A DNA stretch of 64,000 bases from Poseidonia sp. (GCA_023254355.1 JALRLR010000001.1:2100-66099), one strand, 5' to 3'; positions 25,109 to 35,264 are shown, numbered from the stretch's first letter. Numbers and translations are program-made. The notes: a model not told the origin generated them from the sequence alone.

Positions 25109-27605
25109 GGGTTGGCTTCTCGATGTTCATACCAACGACACCCACACCGGGATGGTGGTTTGGGTCGTTGATGATGCGGGTCGGGCCGCTCGCTGCGATG
25201 TCCCGTGGGCCCCTTCGCTTCATGTCCATGGCTCGTCGGTTGACCTCCAACGATTGGAAGATTGGCTCTTGTTGCCTGAAATTGCGGCACGGTTCGCCGT
25301 GGTTGCCTTGGAACGACGACGTCTGCATTTGGACTTGGACGGTACCGACGTGGCTTCGGTTCTCGAAGTGCGTCTCGAACCCTTTCATCATCTCAAAGCA
25401 CTGGCCGAGCACATTGAAGCCCGAGGAGATTTCCACCGCTACACCTTGTACTCGGTCGACGCCCACCTCGTTCAGCGCTTTCTCAACGACCACGGCTGCT
25501 CGCCTTTCTCAAGGGTCTGCTGGGACCCGACGACCACGCCCATGATTCGTCCCTTGCGTACGATGGACGAAAACATCCTGCCTCCGTTGTGCCTTGTTCG
25601 CCTCGTGGTTGAGTTCGCCCCCTCAGCCTTTCCCTCCGTGACCGATGCGGTGGTGGCCATGCGTCTTGAAACGGTTCAGGAACCTGGAATCCCAGCCACC
25701 CCTCGTAGCGTTCAAAGCACGACCCTGCAACGAGACGATTATCCAACGCTTTCGGCGATGTTGGTCGCCTTTGAAGCGACGCTCAAGCGCTTGGACCCCG
25801 ATCTCCTTCTCACCTACGGTGGCGACAAACGCCTGTTTCCATGGTTGGTTCATCAATCAGAGGCGTTGGGACGTCCACTCGTGCTTGGACGTTCAGTCAC
25901 GCCGCTGTCTCAGTCCACCAAGGCTCAAACGGTTCGTTCCTACGGTCATACGAGGCACAGGGACGGGGCGTTTTTCCTTGAGGGGCGGCTTCATTTGGAC
26001 CTGCGCAACAGTTTCATCGTCAAGGAAGGGGGAGTTGCGGGGTTGTTTGAGTTGGCCCAACAATCGTGCCAATCGGCCCAAGTCATTTCGCGTCTTTCGC
26101 CGGGTTCGGTCATCAGCGCCATTCAGATGCGGGTGGCGATGGACGATGGCGTGTTGGTTCCGTGGAAGAAGAACCGTCCAGAAGACACGAAATCAGCCTT
26201 GGAACTTCTGCATGCCGACCGTGGAGGTTTGTACCTTGACAGCCGGCCCGGTGTTTATGCTTCCGTCATTGAATTGGATTTTGCCAGCCTCTTTCCCAGC
26301 ATCATCGCCACGCGAAACATTTCTCCCGAGACCTTGAACTGTGCTTGCTGTCAACCGTCGGACGGTCCGAACTCGGTTGGAGTTGTGCCGCTTCATCCAG
26401 ATGAAGCCATCGCTGAGTTTCGCCAGCGAGATCATCGGTCACGGTTTGGCCACACGTTGTTCCCCCTCTCCCACGAGAAAGCGCTCAAAGTTCCTGGCCT
26501 CCAAAGCCATACTTGCGGTCGAAGGCACGGTTTTCTCGGCCGTGTGGTTGCCCCCCTCATCGAACGTCGTCGACAGCTCAAAGCGCAGCGCTGCGAAAAG
26601 GGCGATGCGTTTGACTTGCGGCAAAACGCTCTCAAATGGCTCCTCGTGACTTGTTTTGGTTACACGGGTTACCGCAACGCTCGCTTTGGCCGTATCGAGG
26701 CCCACGAAGCGATTTGTGCGTGGTCCAGGGACCTCTTGTTGACCACCATCGAAGAGGCTCAACGCGACGGGTGGGAGGTGCTCCATGCGATCGTCGATTG
26801 TGTTTGGCTCGCCGATCGTTCCAATCGGACGGAAGAACAGCAGCGTGTGGATGCCGAACGCTTCGCACGTCGCATCACGGAACGGGTTGGCATTCCTTTG
26901 GAATTTGAACAGCATTACGAGTTCATTGCGTTTCTTCCGAGTCGGGTTCACGGGGCAGGTTCGCTCACGAAGTATTGGGCGTACGGTGGAGGCGACTACA
27001 AAGTCCGAGGCATTGAACTCCGGCAACATTCCACGCCTCCGTGGATTTGTTCCCTTCAAGAGCGCGCCCTCCAGTTGTTAGCGGCGGGTGAACGGACCAA
27101 CGGTGTGCCGAATCGCAAGGCTCAGCGAGCGGTGTTTTTGCTGTATCAAGCCGAATTGCAGCGATTGAACGACGGCCAACTTCTTCCCAAGGACTTGGTC
27201 ATCTCCCGTCGAATCACCTCTTCTCTCGAGGATTATCGAGTCAAGAACCTCTCGTATGCAGCCTTGCTCCGTGCCCATCATCAAGGTCAACACGTGCCAC
27301 CCGGGGGAAAAATTCGCTACGTGGTGGTGGACGCTTCGGCAACGGAACCGCTTGACAGGGTGGTTCTCGCCGAGGAAACAGCGTTCAAGGAGGCGACGGT
27401 GACGGGCTGTGCTCATCACTACACGCGCCTCGCCGAGCGTGCCATTTGGGCGATCCTTGCCCCTTTTGGGTGGACGGACAAGGACCTTCGTTCCACGAAC
27501 CGACAACCCACGCTTCTGGATTTTGTCACCCCTCGTTCTGAAGGGCATGAGAGCGCGCTGAAGCAGGCACCGAACGCCCCTCGAATTCACGAGGCGCGAG
27601 GGTGA
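25101..27605 (+). CDS. Family B DNA polymerase-like protein with degenerate catalytic motifs (probably inactivated PolB paralog)
   Basis: N-terminus MIEGWLLDVHTNDTHTGMVVWVVDDAGRA matches the archaeal PolB N-domain. Motif A is intact (DFASLFPSIIATRNISPETL). Motif B KxxxNSxYG is replaced by KWLLVTCFGYTGY. Motif C YGDTDS is replaced by HAIVDCVWL. No recognisable Exo I DxE. Confidence 0.75.
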   Translation: MIEGWLLDVHTNDTHTGMVVWVVDDAGRAARCDVPWAPSLHVHGSSVDLQRLEDWLLLPEIAARFAVVALERRRLHLDLDGTDVASVLEVRLEPFHHLKALAEHIEARGDFHRYTLYSVDAHLVQRFLNDHGCSPFSRVCWDPTTTPMIRPLRTMDENILPPLCLVRLVVEFAPSAFPSVTDAVVAMRLETVQEPGIPATPRSVQSTTLQRDDYPTLSAMLVAFEATLKRLDPDLLLTYGGDKRLFPWLVHQSEALGRPLVLGRSVTPLSQSTKAQTVRSYGHTRHRDGAFFLEGRLHLDLRNSFIVKEGGVAGLFELAQQSCQSAQVISRLSPGSVISAIQMRVAMDDGVLVPWKKNRPEDTKSALELLHADRGGLYLDSRPGVYASVIELDFASLFPSIIATRNISPETLNCACCQPSDGPNSVGVVPLHPDEAIAEFRQRDHRSRFGHTLFPLSHEKALKVPGLQSHTCGRRHGFLGRVVAPLIERRRQLKAQRCEKGDAFDLRQNALKWLLVTCFGYTGYRNARFGRIEAHEAICAWSRDLLLTTIEEAQRDGWEVLHAIVDCVWLADRSNRTEEQQRVDAERFARRITERVGIPLEFEQHYEFIAFLPSRVHGAGSLTKYWAYGGGDYKVRGIELRQHSTPPWICSLQERALQLLAAGERTNGVPNRKAQRAVFLLYQAELQRLNDGQLLPKDLVISRRITSSLEDYRVKNLSYAALLRAHHQGQHVPPGGKIRYVVVDASATEPLDRVVLAEETAFKEATVTGCAHHYTRLAERAIWAILAPFGWTDKDLRSTNRQPTLLDFVTPRSEGHESALKQAPNAPRIHEARG

Positions 27606-28308
27606 ACCGCGTCTGCCTTGGGTCGTGGTTAGCATTCCAGAGCCCGCGCAACCCGGAACGTGGATGATTGAGGTAGAGGGTCCGTTTTCGTCGCGTCCCT
27701 CGCCAGTGACCCACGAGGTGGTGATGGGCATGTCGGTGAACCTGCTGGAGGAGGCGGCGCTGATGGACGGTCCGTCCGTGGGCTTCCGTGATCACGACGA
27801 CAGCGGCTCGATGATGTTGGGCGAGCCGGGACAGCAGGGCGATGTGGCGCCTGAGCAAGGTCCTCGATTCAAGGCGCTTGATGGCCTCGTCTTCATGCAT
27901 GGCCAGCAAACCGTCAACCACGAGCAACGGCGAACGGGTGATCTCCAATTCGTGGGGTAAACGTTCCAGTTGCCGGTCCAGTTGGTGCAAGGTGAATCCA
28001 CGACTCAAGTACAAACGAGAAAGACAGGCCTCCGTATCGGCTCCCAACGATGCGAGGGTTGGGAGGAGTCGAGCGGGGTCAATTCTGCAGGCTCCGTCCA
28101 CCCAATGAACGGTTTCACCGTGGACCAACGCTTCGGCCACCCAGTGTTCTGCGACGGGTCGCATGCTTTTCCCAGCACGACCCGGCCCGGTGAGGTGGTA
28201 AAGAAGGCCCGGCTCAGGTCGCAGCAAATCCAGGTCAAACCCCTCGTGCTGCTGCCGAAGAAGCGGGGCCAAAGGTTGTGGTTGATTTTGGGAGTCCATG
28301 TCAATCAT
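27526..28308 (-). CDS. RecA-superfamily ATPase (RadB/KaiC/ImuA-like)
   Basis: Walker A LTGPGRAGKS; Walker B LLVVDGLLAM. About 260 aa. The C-terminal 80 nt overlap the 3' end of the PolB-like gene convergently. Divergent from dinB with a 51-bp spacer. Confidence 0.55.
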   Translation of the reverse strand: MIDMDSQNQPQPLAPLLRQQHEGFDLDLLRPEPGLLYHLTGPGRAGKSMRPVAEHWVAEALVHGETVHWVDGACRIDPARLLPTLASLGADTEACLSRLYLSRGFTLHQLDRQLERLPHELEITRSPLLVVDGLLAMHEDEAIKRLESRTLLRRHIALLSRLAQHHRAAVVVITEAHGRTVHQRRLLQQVHRHAHHHLVGHWRGTRRKRTLYLNHPRSGLRGLWNANHDPRQTRFTLAPREFEGRSVPASARSHALQNEG

Positions 28309-28359
28309 TGAAGGTCCCCCTCGTCAGCCATCAATCCTTTTCAACACCCCTCGCTTGAA

Positions 28360-29538
28360 GTGAAAGCCATCAAGTTCAAACACCGCTGCCCCCGAAATTT
28401 GGGTGTGGATGATTCCGTCGCCGATGAGTTGGATGCGCCTCAACGCATCCTGGTCCACTGCGATTTGGACGCGTTTTTCGCTGCCGTTGAAACCTTGCAC
28501 CACGGGCTGGACGAAAGCGTACCGCTGATCATCGGCTCCGAACCAAAGCAGGGTCGTGGGCGAGGCATCGTTTCCACATGCAATTACGCCGCTCGCCAAT
28601 ACGGCGTCCGTTCGGCGATGCCGATTTCCGAAGCGTGGCGTCGTTGTCCGGGGGCCCCGTTTGGTCATGCCCGCTACATCCGAGGGACGCGTGGTTTGTA
28701 CACACGGGCCAGTCGGCGAGTGATGGCGATCTTGAAAGCCCATGCAACGGCCTTTGAACAGGCCAGCATCGATGAGGCCTACCTCGACGTGACCGAGGCG
28801 GTCAACGGTGATTGGGACCTGGCGTTGGCGCTGACGAAAAGCTTGCAGCGTGACATCGTTGAGGCGTTGGGCCTGACCGCCTCGTTTGGAGTGGGGCCCA
28901 CTCGAATCATTGCCAAAATGAGCAGCGAGGTGAACAAACCAAACGGCGTTCATCGCGTCCTGCCCGATGAGGTTGAGGCGTTCTTCGAAGGTCGTCCTCT
29001 ACGTGAGATTCCAGGCATCGGCCCCAAGCGGGCCACCCAACTCGCCGAATGGGGCTACTCAACCGCTGATGAGTTGCGGGCCTTGGGGGAACTGTCCCTC
29101 GCACGCTTGGCCGGTGAGCGGTTTGCCACCTGGTTCATGGAAGTGGTGGAAGGCGAAAGCAGTCGGGTCGTCAGTCCGTTGAGGAGTCGAAAGTCCATTG
29201 GCAAGGAGCATACCTTTGAGCGGGATTTGGACGACCATGAATCCGTGCTCGCTCGATTGGAGGAACTGGTTGATTTGGTCATGAACCGAGCATCTGAATT
29301 GGGCGTTTCAGGGCGACTGGCGGAGGTGAAGATTCGGTACACGGGATTCGAGACCCATGCTTCAGGCCGGAGCATACCGGTGGCCATGGACGACCCCGCC
29401 GTGTTCAAGCGACTGGCCAGAACGCTGTTTGCCAACAACATCGAAACGGAAAAATCCGTCCGCTTAATCGGGTTTCGTTTAGGTCATCTTGAAGAACCGT
29501 CTTCACGGCAAACCACCCTCTTCGACGAAGAGGAATGA
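28360..29538 (+). CDS. dinB: Y-family DNA polymerase IV (DinB/Dpo4-like)
   Basis: ILVHCDLDAFFAAVE (catalytic D.D), SIDEAYLDVT (DE), little-finger region. GTG start at 28360. Confidence 0.85.
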   Translation: MKAIKFKHRCPRNLGVDDSVADELDAPQRILVHCDLDAFFAAVETLHHGLDESVPLIIGSEPKQGRGRGIVSTCNYAARQYGVRSAMPISEAWRRCPGAPFGHARYIRGTRGLYTRASRRVMAILKAHATAFEQASIDEAYLDVTEAVNGDWDLALALTKSLQRDIVEALGLTASFGVGPTRIIAKMSSEVNKPNGVHRVLPDEVEAFFEGRPLREIPGIGPKRATQLAEWGYSTADELRALGELSLARLAGERFATWFMEVVEGESSRVVSPLRSRKSIGKEHTFERDLDDHESVLARLEELVDLVMNRASELGVSGRLAEVKIRYTGFETHASGRSIPVAMDDPAVFKRLARTLFANNIETEKSVRLIGFRLGHLEEPSSRQTTLFDEEE

Positions 29539-32040
29539 TCACTCAAGTTGGTGCATGCGCGTCAAGGTTGCTGCAAAATCGGCGAGAGAGTCGGGCACAG
29601 GAATGCCTGCGATGGGTTGGTTGAGCGAAACCCCTGCTTCCTTTTTCGCGCCCCATACGTTTCCGTTGAATTCCTGCAACGCATTGGACAATCCACACAA
29701 GGCACGACCTTCGGCCGTTTGCGCTCCCACGCTGGGGAGAGGTGGGGCGGGGAAGGCATCCACGTCAACGGAAGATTGGCCGTAGACGGTGTTCGATATG
29801 TGATGGGTGAAAAACGGACAGACCGGACTGAAGGCGGCCATGAAGTCACGCACAATGCGGTGAATGGTCCATGTTGCTGCAGGGTCATCGTCGTATAACC
29901 GTGATTTCACCATCTCGAGGTAATGACTTGGCAGCAGACCTGTACCGAAGGTCTTGAGCGCTTGCGTTGCGGTGTAGATGTCAAGGTGGCTCCAAGCTTG
30001 TTGAACGGTGTCCATGGTGGCTTGGAACTCTGCCAAAATCCAACGGTCTTCGATGGCCAAGCCTTTCGGGGCTTCCTCCAAATTGAGGGGTGTTTCGAAT
30101 TGAGAGGCGAAGCGTGCGACATTGAACAGCTTTGTGAGAACACCAAAGTACTTCTTTTCAATTTCTTCAGGATTGATTTGAAAATCGTCCCCCACTTGAG
30201 CGTCGCAAGCCTTCCAAAGGCGGAAACATTCACTGCCAATTTTGTTAGCACGAAGACTGACTGAACCGTCAGGGCCCTTGATTTTCCAAGACCCGGTTCG
30301 TCCTGATGCACCGCATTCCAACACCGAATCGGCATCAATGCCGTTGCCGATGGATTTGCTCATCTTCCGACCCCATGGGTCCATGCCCAAGCCGTCAATC
30401 CAGACATGTTGGAACCCGGGCTGGTCGAGAACAAGCGTGGATTTGAGGAGGGTGTAATACAACCAGGTACGGACGATTTCTTTCCCTTGCGGCCGAAGGG
30501 CTGTGGGGAAGGCACGCTCAAACACCTCGGGGTGGTTCAGATACCCCGAGACGAAGAGGTTGGAATTTGAGGAGTCCATCCAAGTATCGAAGACTTTCTC
30601 TTCCCCGGTCAACTCGCCAAGTTCATCCTTGAGGTCCTCGTATGCACCAAGGTCTTCTCGAGTGCTTCGGTCCAACACCCTGCTGCCAGTAGGCGGGTGG
30701 TCCTTCCAAGGTTGAACATAGGTGCCGGAGGGTGGAACGACCACAAGTTCTTCGTTTTGGCTGTACCAAATCGGTATTTCCGTGTGGTACCAACGGCGAC
30801 GACTGATGGGCCAGTCGATGCTGATGTTGTCCATCCAGTCAAGCAGGAATTGACGGTTTCGAGTTGGGTGAAATTCAATGGCCTCAATGTGGGTTTTCAT
30901 GCGTTCTTGGATGTGGGTTTGTCGGACGTACCATTCCTTGAGGAGAATGATTTCGACGGGATTTTTGCCTCGTTCCGAAACGGGGATCTCTTGCTCCCGT
31001 TCAACGACGTTCAACAGGTCACCCTGGCCTTCGAGCAGGTCAATGGCCGCTTTGCGCGCTTCAAGAACGGACAGGCCGGCGAGAGGGCCTGCAACCTCGG
31101 TCATGTTCCCGTCCAAATCAATGGCTTGGAACGGGGTTAAACCGAGCTCACGGAACACAGCGACATCGTTCTGGTCCCCAAAGGAACAGACCATCAAGAC
31201 GCCCGAACCGAAATCGGATTTTACCGAAGGATGGGCTTGAATTTCCACCGTTGTTTCCCTCCCCCGGGTTGGAAGCGGAAGGGACACGGTTTTGCCGACC
31301 AAGTGAGCGTACCGTTCGTCGTCGGGATGAACCACCACCACGCCGCAAGCACAGATCATTTCGGGGCGCGTGGTCGAAATCGTGAGGGTCTCGCCGTCAC
31401 CGCATGTCCATTTCACATCAACGAGCTTGGTTTTTCGAGGCAAGCGTTCAACTTCTGCATCGGCGATGGTGGTCCCTTCAACCGGGTCGTAGATGTTGGG
31501 TCGCAAGTCTTCAATGATGTCGCCTTTTTTGAACAACTCCACGAAAATGGATTGAGTCACGCTGCGGTAATCCGGTGCATCGGTAAGGTATTCCCGGTCG
31601 AAATCACAGGACAGCCCGACTCGACGTGCGGTGTCCCGCATCGCTTGGGTGAAGGATTCAATGGTGGTTTTGCAAAGGGCGAGAAATTCTTCCCGGTCGT
31701 ACGTTTTCATCTTTCGCTTGGTGTTCTTTTCAACCGTGAATTCGATGTTGATGCCATTGCGGTCAACTCCCCAAGGGAAGTAGACCTCTTTACCCAACAG
31801 GCGTTGGCTCCGAGCGATCACGTCGATCATGGAGTATTGGGCAACAGCGCCAATGTGCCACGTTCCCGAGGGGTAGGGTGGCGGTGTGTCGATAACGAAC
31901 ACCTCTTTGCCGCTGTCGGGCTTGAAAGCGTACCGCTGGTTGTAGGAATCTCGGTCAGCGTAATGGGCTTCTTGGATGGTCTTTTCCAAATCGATGGACC
32001 AACGTTTTTCGGGAAGTTTTGGGGCTGGCATGTGCCTCAC
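29539..32040 (-). CDS. valS: Class I aminoacyl-tRNA synthetase, most likely valyl-tRNA synthetase
   Basis: PPPYPSG.WHIGAV (HIGH region), TTRPEM, DWPISRRRWY, FDTWMDSS and KMSKS are all present; the FDTW and TTRPE patterns favour ValRS over LeuRS or IleRS. The track start 32304 is TTG; ATG at 32040 gives MPAPKLPEKRW. Confidence 0.65.
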   Translation of the reverse strand: MRHMPAPKLPEKRWSIDLEKTIQEAHYADRDSYNQRYAFKPDSGKEVFVIDTPPPYPSGTWHIGAVAQYSMIDVIARSQRLLGKEVYFPWGVDRNGINIEFTVEKNTKRKMKTYDREEFLALCKTTIESFTQAMRDTARRVGLSCDFDREYLTDAPDYRSVTQSIFVELFKKGDIIEDLRPNIYDPVEGTTIADAEVERLPRKTKLVDVKWTCGDGETLTISTTRPEMICACGVVVVHPDDERYAHLVGKTVSLPLPTRGRETTVEIQAHPSVKSDFGSGVLMVCSFGDQNDVAVFRELGLTPFQAIDLDGNMTEVAGPLAGLSVLEARKAAIDLLEGQGDLLNVVEREQEIPVSERGKNPVEIILLKEWYVRQTHIQERMKTHIEAIEFHPTRNRQFLLDWMDNISIDWPISRRRWYHTEIPIWYSQNEELVVVPPSGTYVQPWKDHPPTGSRVLDRSTREDLGAYEDLKDELGELTGEEKVFDTWMDSSNSNLFVSGYLNHPEVFERAFPTALRPQGKEIVRTWLYYTLLKSTLVLDQPGFQHVWIDGLGMDPWGRKMSKSIGNGIDADSVLECGASGRTGSWKIKGPDGSVSLRANKIGSECFRLWKACDAQVGDDFQINPEEIEKKYFGVLTKLFNVARFASQFETPLNLEEAPKGLAIEDRWILAEFQATMDTVQQAWSHLDIYTATQALKTFGTGLLPSHYLEMVKSRLYDDDPAATWTIHRIVRDFMAAFSPVCPFFTHHISNTVYGQSSVDVDAFPAPPLPSVGAQTAEGRALCGLSNALQEFNGNVWGAKKEAGVSLNQPIAGIPVPDSLADFAATLTRMHQLE

Positions 32041-32193
32041 CTGGCCCCGCCTCGGTGAATGAGGTGGGTCCAACCCGTCGGTGGAGGGAGGGCATTTGAA
32101 TCCGTCGGAAGAGGCGCAACAAATCGTTGGCTGTCGGCTGCATGCAAAAGGTAAGGCTTTGAAGGACCCACACTTCCCACGGTCAACGGTGAT

Positions 32194-35100
32194 ATGATGG
32201 ACGCTGATGCGGGTGCGAAAAATCAACCCCCTTCGGATGGCCAGTCGGTAACCAACCGTCGAATTGACGCCCTGGGCGAAAAGTCGAAAGCCGTTCGTGC
32301 CCAACTTTCAGGTCAAATCAAATCCATGGATTCGAAGAAGGCCTTGGACGCCGTCCTCGATGCTCCTAAACGGTTCAAGCGAGAGTGGCAAAAAAGCGGT
32401 GCTACGGGTGCCATCACCCGATTTCCCATTCCCACCATCATGGTGTTCCTGTTGCTTACGGTGTACTTTGTGACCCAATCGGGTTTCTTGGATGATACAC
32501 GCTTTGACGACGACCCCAACAATCCTGCTCTCAACGTGAACGGCGATTTGGAAGTCTACTTGCCTGACGGGAGTAAAGTGGCTGAGCTGATTGGCAAGGT
32601 GGAAGAAGATTGGTCAACCAACGTGATGGTGGTCTACATTGAGTCCTCCAAATACAACATCACTGACCAGCGAATTCTGCAGGAAATCAGCTTTGTTGAA
32701 AACATCCTGAACCCCTATCTCTCGGATGAATCCGATGACGTGATTTACATTCTCTCGCTCTCAACCGTTCTGAAGGAAGTCAATTCCAGTGCGCCCCGAA
32801 TTCGTGACGCCATCATCACCGAAGTGGGCGAGTTGGGCTGCTCGAGCAATCCCGAAGACGATTGCTTGTCAAGGGAGTTGGCAGAAAACATCAACGAAGC
32901 CGCCCAATCGACGGACGAACAGTTTGGGGGTTCCTACGAAATTCCAAGTCAGACCACCATTGATTTGGTGATTGGAGAAATGTACGAACAAGACGGTTCC
33001 CCCACCGCTGGACTGAACAAACTCGCAAGGGACATTGAGGGGGGAGAAAACGGTGAGCCCGATGGTTTGTTGGACCGCGCCATCATGGCGGTGGCCGTGA
33101 CCGAAAATCGTCCCGCCAAAGACATCATTTCGGATACTCAGGAGGTGTTGGACACCTTGTCAACGCTGGAGCGGGCGTGCCGCTTTGAGGCCAACGGCGA
33201 CCCCATCGAATCGGAGGGATTGTGTGACTGGGATGACTTGGGGTTGAGCATGGTCCTCACCGGGCCGGTTCCCATCACCAACGCCGTGACCGAGTTCTCC
33301 TTCCGTTTGTTTTGGGAAATTTTCCCCATGGCGGTGGTTCTCGTGGCCATGGGGTTGTTTGTGTTCCACTCGGATTTGTTGCAAACGGGCCTCACGGGCA
33401 TGCGTCCCCTTCAGGGCTTCAAGGTCGTGGTCATTGCCGGATTGCCGACCTTGTGTGCGGTTTTCTGGACCTTAGGCCTGATCGGTGCAACGAATTATGA
33501 AGTGACGATGACGGTGATTATTGTTGGTCCGATTTTGCTGGCCTTGGGTGTCTCGTACGGCTTGCACATCACGAACCGGTACGCTGAGGAAGAAGGGACG
33601 CGCAGTGAGAAAATGAAGGCTTCATTGACATCAACCGGTCGCGCCGTCTTCCTTTCAGCGGTGACGACCGTGATCGGTTTCATTTCGTTGGTGTTCACGC
33701 CCATGGCCCCCATCCAAACGGTGGGGATTGCACTTTCGGTTGGCATCGTAATCGTTTACATTTTAACCATGTTTATGGTGCCTAATCTCACGTTAATTCT
33801 TGATTTGAAGAAACCCAAACATCCGCCACTCAAGGCGTTTGACGTGCTGGTGGATGTGCCGGTGAAACACAACAAAGCCGTTATCGGTGTCTTCGTGATG
33901 CTCATCCTCTTGTCCGCCACCGTGGGTCAAGCCAACGTTGAGGAGAACATCGACTTGCTGGGAATGGCCCCTGAGGGCGAGTCGCCCGTGGTGAAGATGA
34001 AGCAATACAGTCAGGAATTCGAGGCCGGTCAGGTGGGCATGATTTTGGTCAACGCCAACGTGAGCGGGGATTTCAACGACAACGATAACTCAAACGATGA
34101 CCCGGTTGAAATCCTCGAGAAGATCAACAACTTGGAAGCCTCCCTCAATGAAGTGGAGAACACGACCGCCGTTTCGGTGGTGTTTTTGATGAAGGCCTCC
34201 GGGGTTCAAGTAACCGTGTCGGGTGAACAAGTGAACGAGTTGTTCCAACTCGTGCCTTGCGCCGGTGTTGATGGTTGTGAGGACATCAAAGCAACCGCAG
34301 AGGTCCTGTTCAATCAAAGCTTGTCGGTGGACACTTCGTTTTGGGATTTGTTGACCAATCCCGATGATTTTAATTTGCCAGGTTCTCAACAGAGCCAGAT
34401 TTTCCTCCTTGACGTGTTCTACGCTTCGCTCACGAAAGAAACCCGTGAAATTTTCGTGAGCGAGGATTTCAGCCGCTCATTGATTTACGTCGATATGCCC
34501 TTCATTCCAGTGGCCGATACGTCGAAGAGCGTTGATTCGGTGAACGAAAAGGCCGCCACGTTCCAAGGTCGGTACGGAGAAACGGCGGAAGATTTGACGG
34601 GAGTTGCAGCCACGGCTATCGAAGTGAACGAACTCATCGTTGGTTCGCAGTGGACCTCGCTGGGTTTCGCCATCATCCTCACCCTCATCACCTTGGCCGT
34701 TGTTTTCAGGGACATCCGCTACTCCATTTGGACCACTTCGCCCGTGATTGCCACGGTGGCGCTCCAATGGTTGGTGATGTGGAGAATGGACGTGCCCCTG
34801 TCCTTGGTCACGGTCATGATCGGGTCGATTTTGGTCGGCGTCGGTGTTGACTTTTCCATCCACATCGCTAATCGTATCCGTGAACTCGGTGGTGGCATTC
34901 AAGCCATTCGCAGTGCAGCGGTGGGCACGGGGATGTCCCTGTTCGAAGCGGCGGTGGTCACTTCACTCGGAATGTTCACCGCTTACAACATCCCCATTCC
35001 TGAAATTCAGCCTTTCATCACCGTCATTCTGATTTTGCTCTGGGTTGCAGCAGCCAGCGCCCTCATTTTACTCCCAGCCATTTTTGTTACCCTTGAAAAG

Positions 35101-35226
35101 ATGGGAATCGGTGCGGTGAGCGGCTCAAACAACATGGCCAAAAAGCTGGGTCTTCTGCGACTTCACGAATCAGGGATGGACGTGATGGAAGCCGCTCTGT
35201 TGGATGACGTGGTCGATGCTTGGTAG
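32194..35226 (+). CDS. MMPL/RND-superfamily membrane transporter (12 TM, two large periplasmic-type loops)
   Basis: 1010 aa; two repeats of one TM, a large hydrophilic domain, then a 5-TM bundle, with Gly-rich TM motifs typical of the SecDF/MMPL/RND architecture. Divergent from valS. Confidence 0.55.
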   Translation: MMDADAGAKNQPPSDGQSVTNRRIDALGEKSKAVRAQLSGQIKSMDSKKALDAVLDAPKRFKREWQKSGATGAITRFPIPTIMVFLLLTVYFVTQSGFLDDTRFDDDPNNPALNVNGDLEVYLPDGSKVAELIGKVEEDWSTNVMVVYIESSKYNITDQRILQEISFVENILNPYLSDESDDVIYILSLSTVLKEVNSSAPRIRDAIITEVGELGCSSNPEDDCLSRELAENINEAAQSTDEQFGGSYEIPSQTTIDLVIGEMYEQDGSPTAGLNKLARDIEGGENGEPDGLLDRAIMAVAVTENRPAKDIISDTQEVLDTLSTLERACRFEANGDPIESEGLCDWDDLGLSMVLTGPVPITNAVTEFSFRLFWEIFPMAVVLVAMGLFVFHSDLLQTGLTGMRPLQGFKVVVIAGLPTLCAVFWTLGLIGATNYEVTMTVIIVGPILLALGVSYGLHITNRYAEEEGTRSEKMKASLTSTGRAVFLSAVTTVIGFISLVFTPMAPIQTVGIALSVGIVIVYILTMFMVPNLTLILDLKKPKHPPLKAFDVLVDVPVKHNKAVIGVFVMLILLSATVGQANVEENIDLLGMAPEGESPVVKMKQYSQEFEAGQVGMILVNANVSGDFNDNDNSNDDPVEILEKINNLEASLNEVENTTAVSVVFLMKASGVQVTVSGEQVNELFQLVPCAGVDGCEDIKATAEVLFNQSLSVDTSFWDLLTNPDDFNLPGSQQSQIFLLDVFYASLTKETREIFVSEDFSRSLIYVDMPFIPVADTSKSVDSVNEKAATFQGRYGETAEDLTGVAATAIEVNELIVGSQWTSLGFAIILTLITLAVVFRDIRYSIWTTSPVIATVALQWLVMWRMDVPLSLVTVMIGSILVGVGVDFSIHIANRIRELGGGIQAIRSAAVGTGMSLFEAAVVTSLGMFTAYNIPIPEIQPFITVILILLWVAAASALILLPAIFVTLEKMGIGAVSGSNNMAKKLGLLRLHESGMDVMEAALLDDVVDAW

Positions 35227-35264
35227 GCGAGCAATCCATAGACCTCTTGCGCTTGGGACTGTTC

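Noticed and set aside
28324-28953. 209-aa minus-strand ORF overlapping the dinB 5' half
   Set aside because: It is antisense to the well-supported Y-family polymerase catalytic core and has no motif of its own.
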